From a virus, in the IMG/VR virus record IMGVR_UViG_3300028902_000264: DNA of 64,000 nt; one strand, 5' to 3'. The translations under genes and the position numbers were made by a program. The stretch's first letter is position 1. Every line of letters starts with the position of its first letter. Below are positions 61,788 to 64,000 of this stretch, piece by piece. A model generated the notes under the pieces. It saw only the letters and a program-made list of their open reading frames with translations, was not told the origin of the DNA and searched no databases.

Positions 61788-62162
61788 ATGGGAAATGATA
61801 AAAAAGGCTACAACGGATATTATAAAGCATTAGATGGGACCGAAAGATGGTATAAAGAAGGCAAACTCCATCGAATAGATGGTCCTGCAATAGTTTTTTC
61901 AGATAAAACAAAACTGAGAATAAATCTTGAGTATTGGTATATAGAAGGAATTTGTTTTGACCAAGAAATATTAGGATCGTTAGTCGACGAAGCTTTGTTT
62001 CTTGGAAAAGAAAAAGGCAAACATAACTTATATTGGCTTAAGTTCCTTACAGAAAACCAAGGAATTCAAGAATTTCCTATTATTTCTGGGATGGTACATA
62101 ATAATCTTTTTAGTCGCTTGTTTAAGCTAATAAAGATAAAATACAATGAAGAGATCGGCTAA
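61788..62162 (+). CDS. HRxDGPA-repeat protein (1 repeat) with conserved C-terminal domain
   Basis: HRIDGPA, FLGKEKGKHNLYWLKFLTENQG. Confidence 0.85.
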   Translation: MGNDKKGYNGYYKALDGTERWYKEGKLHRIDGPAIVFSDKTKLRINLEYWYIEGICFDQEILGSLVDEALFLGKEKGKHNLYWLKFLTENQGIQEFPIISGMVHNNLFSRLFKLIKIKYNEEIG

Positions 62163-62183
62163 CAGTCAAGGAGAAATAAAACA

Positions 62184-62456
62184 ATGTGGACAATGAAGTT
62201 CGAAGTAGAAACAAAGGATGAGTTTGGGTTCAAGTCTGTTGAAAAGAATTCCATCTCTGCTCAACACGAAAATCTTAAAGGTCTTTATGACCGACTCATG
62301 AGTGTTTATATTGCAGAAGGAAAACCTGTCAAAAAAATTGATCTTTATGAAAATGATAAACAAGTATTAGTTGCCGTTCTTAACGGCCATGTTTTATGTA
62401 TTAAAAACACAAAACTCGCGCTTGCAACTTGGATAAGAGAAAGAATGAGAAACTAA
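62184..62456 (+). CDS. Hypothetical protein
   Basis: 90 aa, AAGGAG SD. Confidence 0.65.
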   Translation: MWTMKFEVETKDEFGFKSVEKNSISAQHENLKGLYDRLMSVYIAEGKPVKKIDLYENDKQVLVAVLNGHVLCIKNTKLALATWIRERMRN

Positions 62457-62457
62457 A

Positions 62458-62832
62458 ATGTCATTTGTTGTATCCCTAATCGGATTAGTAAACAAAGAAG
62501 TTATAAGTTCTTATTTCACAAAAGAAGATGCTTTTTGTCATGCCGCAGGATTTTCTCTTGAAATGATAAATTCAGATATTGAAATCATTCTCGCAAATGA
62601 GAATAAGAAAGAATCTCTTCTAAAACTCATTCAAGAATATGACAAGCAAAACTATCCTGAAGTTCTTAGGCTTTATAATAGCTCTGTCAAACCATACGAT
62701 AGCGATCCAGACATTGTTGTTTTTGAATCAAAGATTAATTTTAATCTTTCTGCCTCGCACAAAACTCTTTGTCAAATCAAAGACAAACTCGGAATAAAAG
62801 AAGAAGAAATAGAACTCAAAAAAGGAGAATAA
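62458..62832 (+). CDS. Hypothetical protein
   Basis: 124 aa. Confidence 0.6.
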   Translation: MSFVVSLIGLVNKEVISSYFTKEDAFCHAAGFSLEMINSDIEIILANENKKESLLKLIQEYDKQNYPEVLRLYNSSVKPYDSDPDIVVFESKINFNLSASHKTLCQIKDKLGIKEEEIELKKGE

Positions 62833-62838
62833 AAGAAA

Positions 62839-63027
62839 ATGGAAAGACTCTTCGCTCTAATGGTTATTATGGGAATGATAATTGTTCTCGGTTTGTATTT
62901 CTTGTTTACGGTTTTGTTTTTAGTGTTTGGTTATTTAAATGATAACTTTTCTTTGTTTACTGGAGGTATTCTATTGCTTTGTATCTGGTTCTTTCTCTTG
63001 AAAAGAGATAAGAGGAAGACCTCATAA
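62839..63027 (+). CDS. Small membrane protein (2 TM)
   Basis: 62 aa hydrophobic, AAGGAG upstream. Confidence 0.6.
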   Translation: MERLFALMVIMGMIIVLGLYFLFTVLFLVFGYLNDNFSLFTGGILLLCIWFFLLKRDKRKTS

Positions 63028-63348
63028 GGTTATCTCCTTGGTTAAGTCTTGAAAACAGAAGAAAGTATTGAATACTTCTTTTCTATTAGCTCTAAACTAA
63101 CCTTTCTCTCCCAGACCCTCTTAGTGTAGTGACCACAAAGAAAGCGACAGGCAAAAAGTAATGTCTACTTGACGGTTGTGGTTAAAGAACCAATAGAGGG
63201 TTTTCGGGGCAACAAAACCAAAGACTTGAGCATCAATCCCTTCGAGGATACCTTTTCAGATTCCCCACAAGCTTTTCCAGTTTATTCCTGAATAGGAAAC
63301 CGACAAACTCACGCCAGAAAGCAAACGTCGACTGTAGGTAATTCTAAA

Positions 63349-63822
63349 ATGTATAGTGATGAGTTAATGAGCTTAGAGCAAAAAATTAAAAAAGACCTTG
63401 AATTGAAAGAAAATTCAAAACTTATTAACTTTCTTATTGACAACAAACTTAAAGAAATAGAAAAGAAGTTTATTGTTTTAAATACAAAAGAAAATATATT
63501 GAATAATTTCTTAGAAATGTTGAAGATTAACAATTTATGCGAAATAAAAATAGGTGGAATGATGTATAACCCCGTTGTTCGTGTTTCTTTTGGTTTTGAA
63601 CCAAAAAGTTTTTCTTTTGAAAAGGAAAAAGAATTTGGAACAATTCCTTGTTTGATGGAAACTAAAATAATGGAGGTTCTAATACTAGAATTTCGTTCAT
63701 ATAACATTTCTGCAAATTTTTATAGTGCAAGAACAAATGTTCTTGAAAGTGAAATTTCAGCTGTGTTTAACAATAGGTTTGCTTATCCAAAGTCTGTAAC
63801 CGTTTATCCATATCGAGAATAA
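63349..63822 (+). CDS. Hypothetical protein
   Basis: 157 aa. Confidence 0.6.
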   Translation: MYSDELMSLEQKIKKDLELKENSKLINFLIDNKLKEIEKKFIVLNTKENILNNFLEMLKINNLCEIKIGGMMYNPVVRVSFGFEPKSFSFEKEKEFGTIPCLMETKIMEVLILEFRSYNISANFYSARTNVLESEISAVFNNRFAYPKSVTVYPYRE

Positions 63823-63830
63823 GAAAGACC

Positions 63831-64000
63831 ATGAATCTTAAAAACGAAGAAGTGAAAGAAAAGGTCCTTGCAGACTTAAAACTTGGAACAAAATCAAAGT
63901 TTCTTAACCTAAACATTGAAAAATCTATTACCATCTTAGAGAAAGATGGTATTTGCCTTGAGTCAAAAGAATCTCTTGTTTCAAGAAACTATGATTTAAT
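63831..64000 (+). CDS. Hypothetical protein, 3' truncated by window edge
   Basis: ATG 63831 (MNLKNEEVKEK...); frame appears open to the end. Confidence 0.5.
   Translation, partial: MNLKNEEVKEKVLADLKLGTKSKFLNLNIEKSITILEKDGICLESKESLVSRNYDL

Noticed and set aside
1387-62162. Diversity-generating retroelement acting on the HRxDGPA genes
   Set aside because: No reverse transcriptase in the window. Mismatches between the near-identical copies (about 1600 versus 45190) are not adenine-specific and are mostly synonymous.
31577-63026. ACCTCATA motif near several gene boundaries
   Set aside because: Four copies, two of them from one duplication and one inside a stop region. About one is expected by chance at this composition.
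175-63707. Numerous short minus-strand and alternate-frame ORFs in the track (e.g. 30863..31348, 40347..40865, 46191..46637)
   Set aside because: They are shadows of longer + strand genes, lack an SD and have no motifs. Only 7430..8017 has independent support.

Overview
A 64 kb segment of a large, AT-rich (roughly 30% GC by eye) bacteriophage genome, probably a jumbo phage early/middle region. Genes are densely packed and almost all on the + strand, use the standard code, and have sigma70-like promoters and Shine-Dalgarno sites. I saw no capsid, terminase or tail genes, tRNA, rRNA or CRISPR array. Recognisable genes: ATP-dependent DNA ligase with a mini-intein, Nudix hydrolase, divergent release factor 2, prepilin-like protein, Ntn-fold and metzincin peptidases, an I78-like protease inhibitor, a DenV-like glycosylase, an NDT-like protein, three RNA ligases, a cyclic-phosphate receiver domain, HAD and PTP-like phosphatases, Thg1, a Zn deaminase, and PurA with an HNH-containing intein. 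Most of the window is paralog expansion. (1) Ten large modular proteins, eight of them in a 22 kb array at 11884-33981, have variable repeat-rich N-termini and one shared, unassigned helical C-terminal domain (CTD). (2) Twelve proteins are built on a 22-aa HRxDGPA repeat. (3) Several smaller families are present. The most striking observation is that in three CTD genes the linker before the CTD is a translated promoter, leader, SD and ATG. The CTD therefore appears to be encoded as a nested stand-alone gene as well as a fusion partner, and one ORF is a chain of four gene units that each keep their own start. All family assignments come from motif recognition, not database searches.
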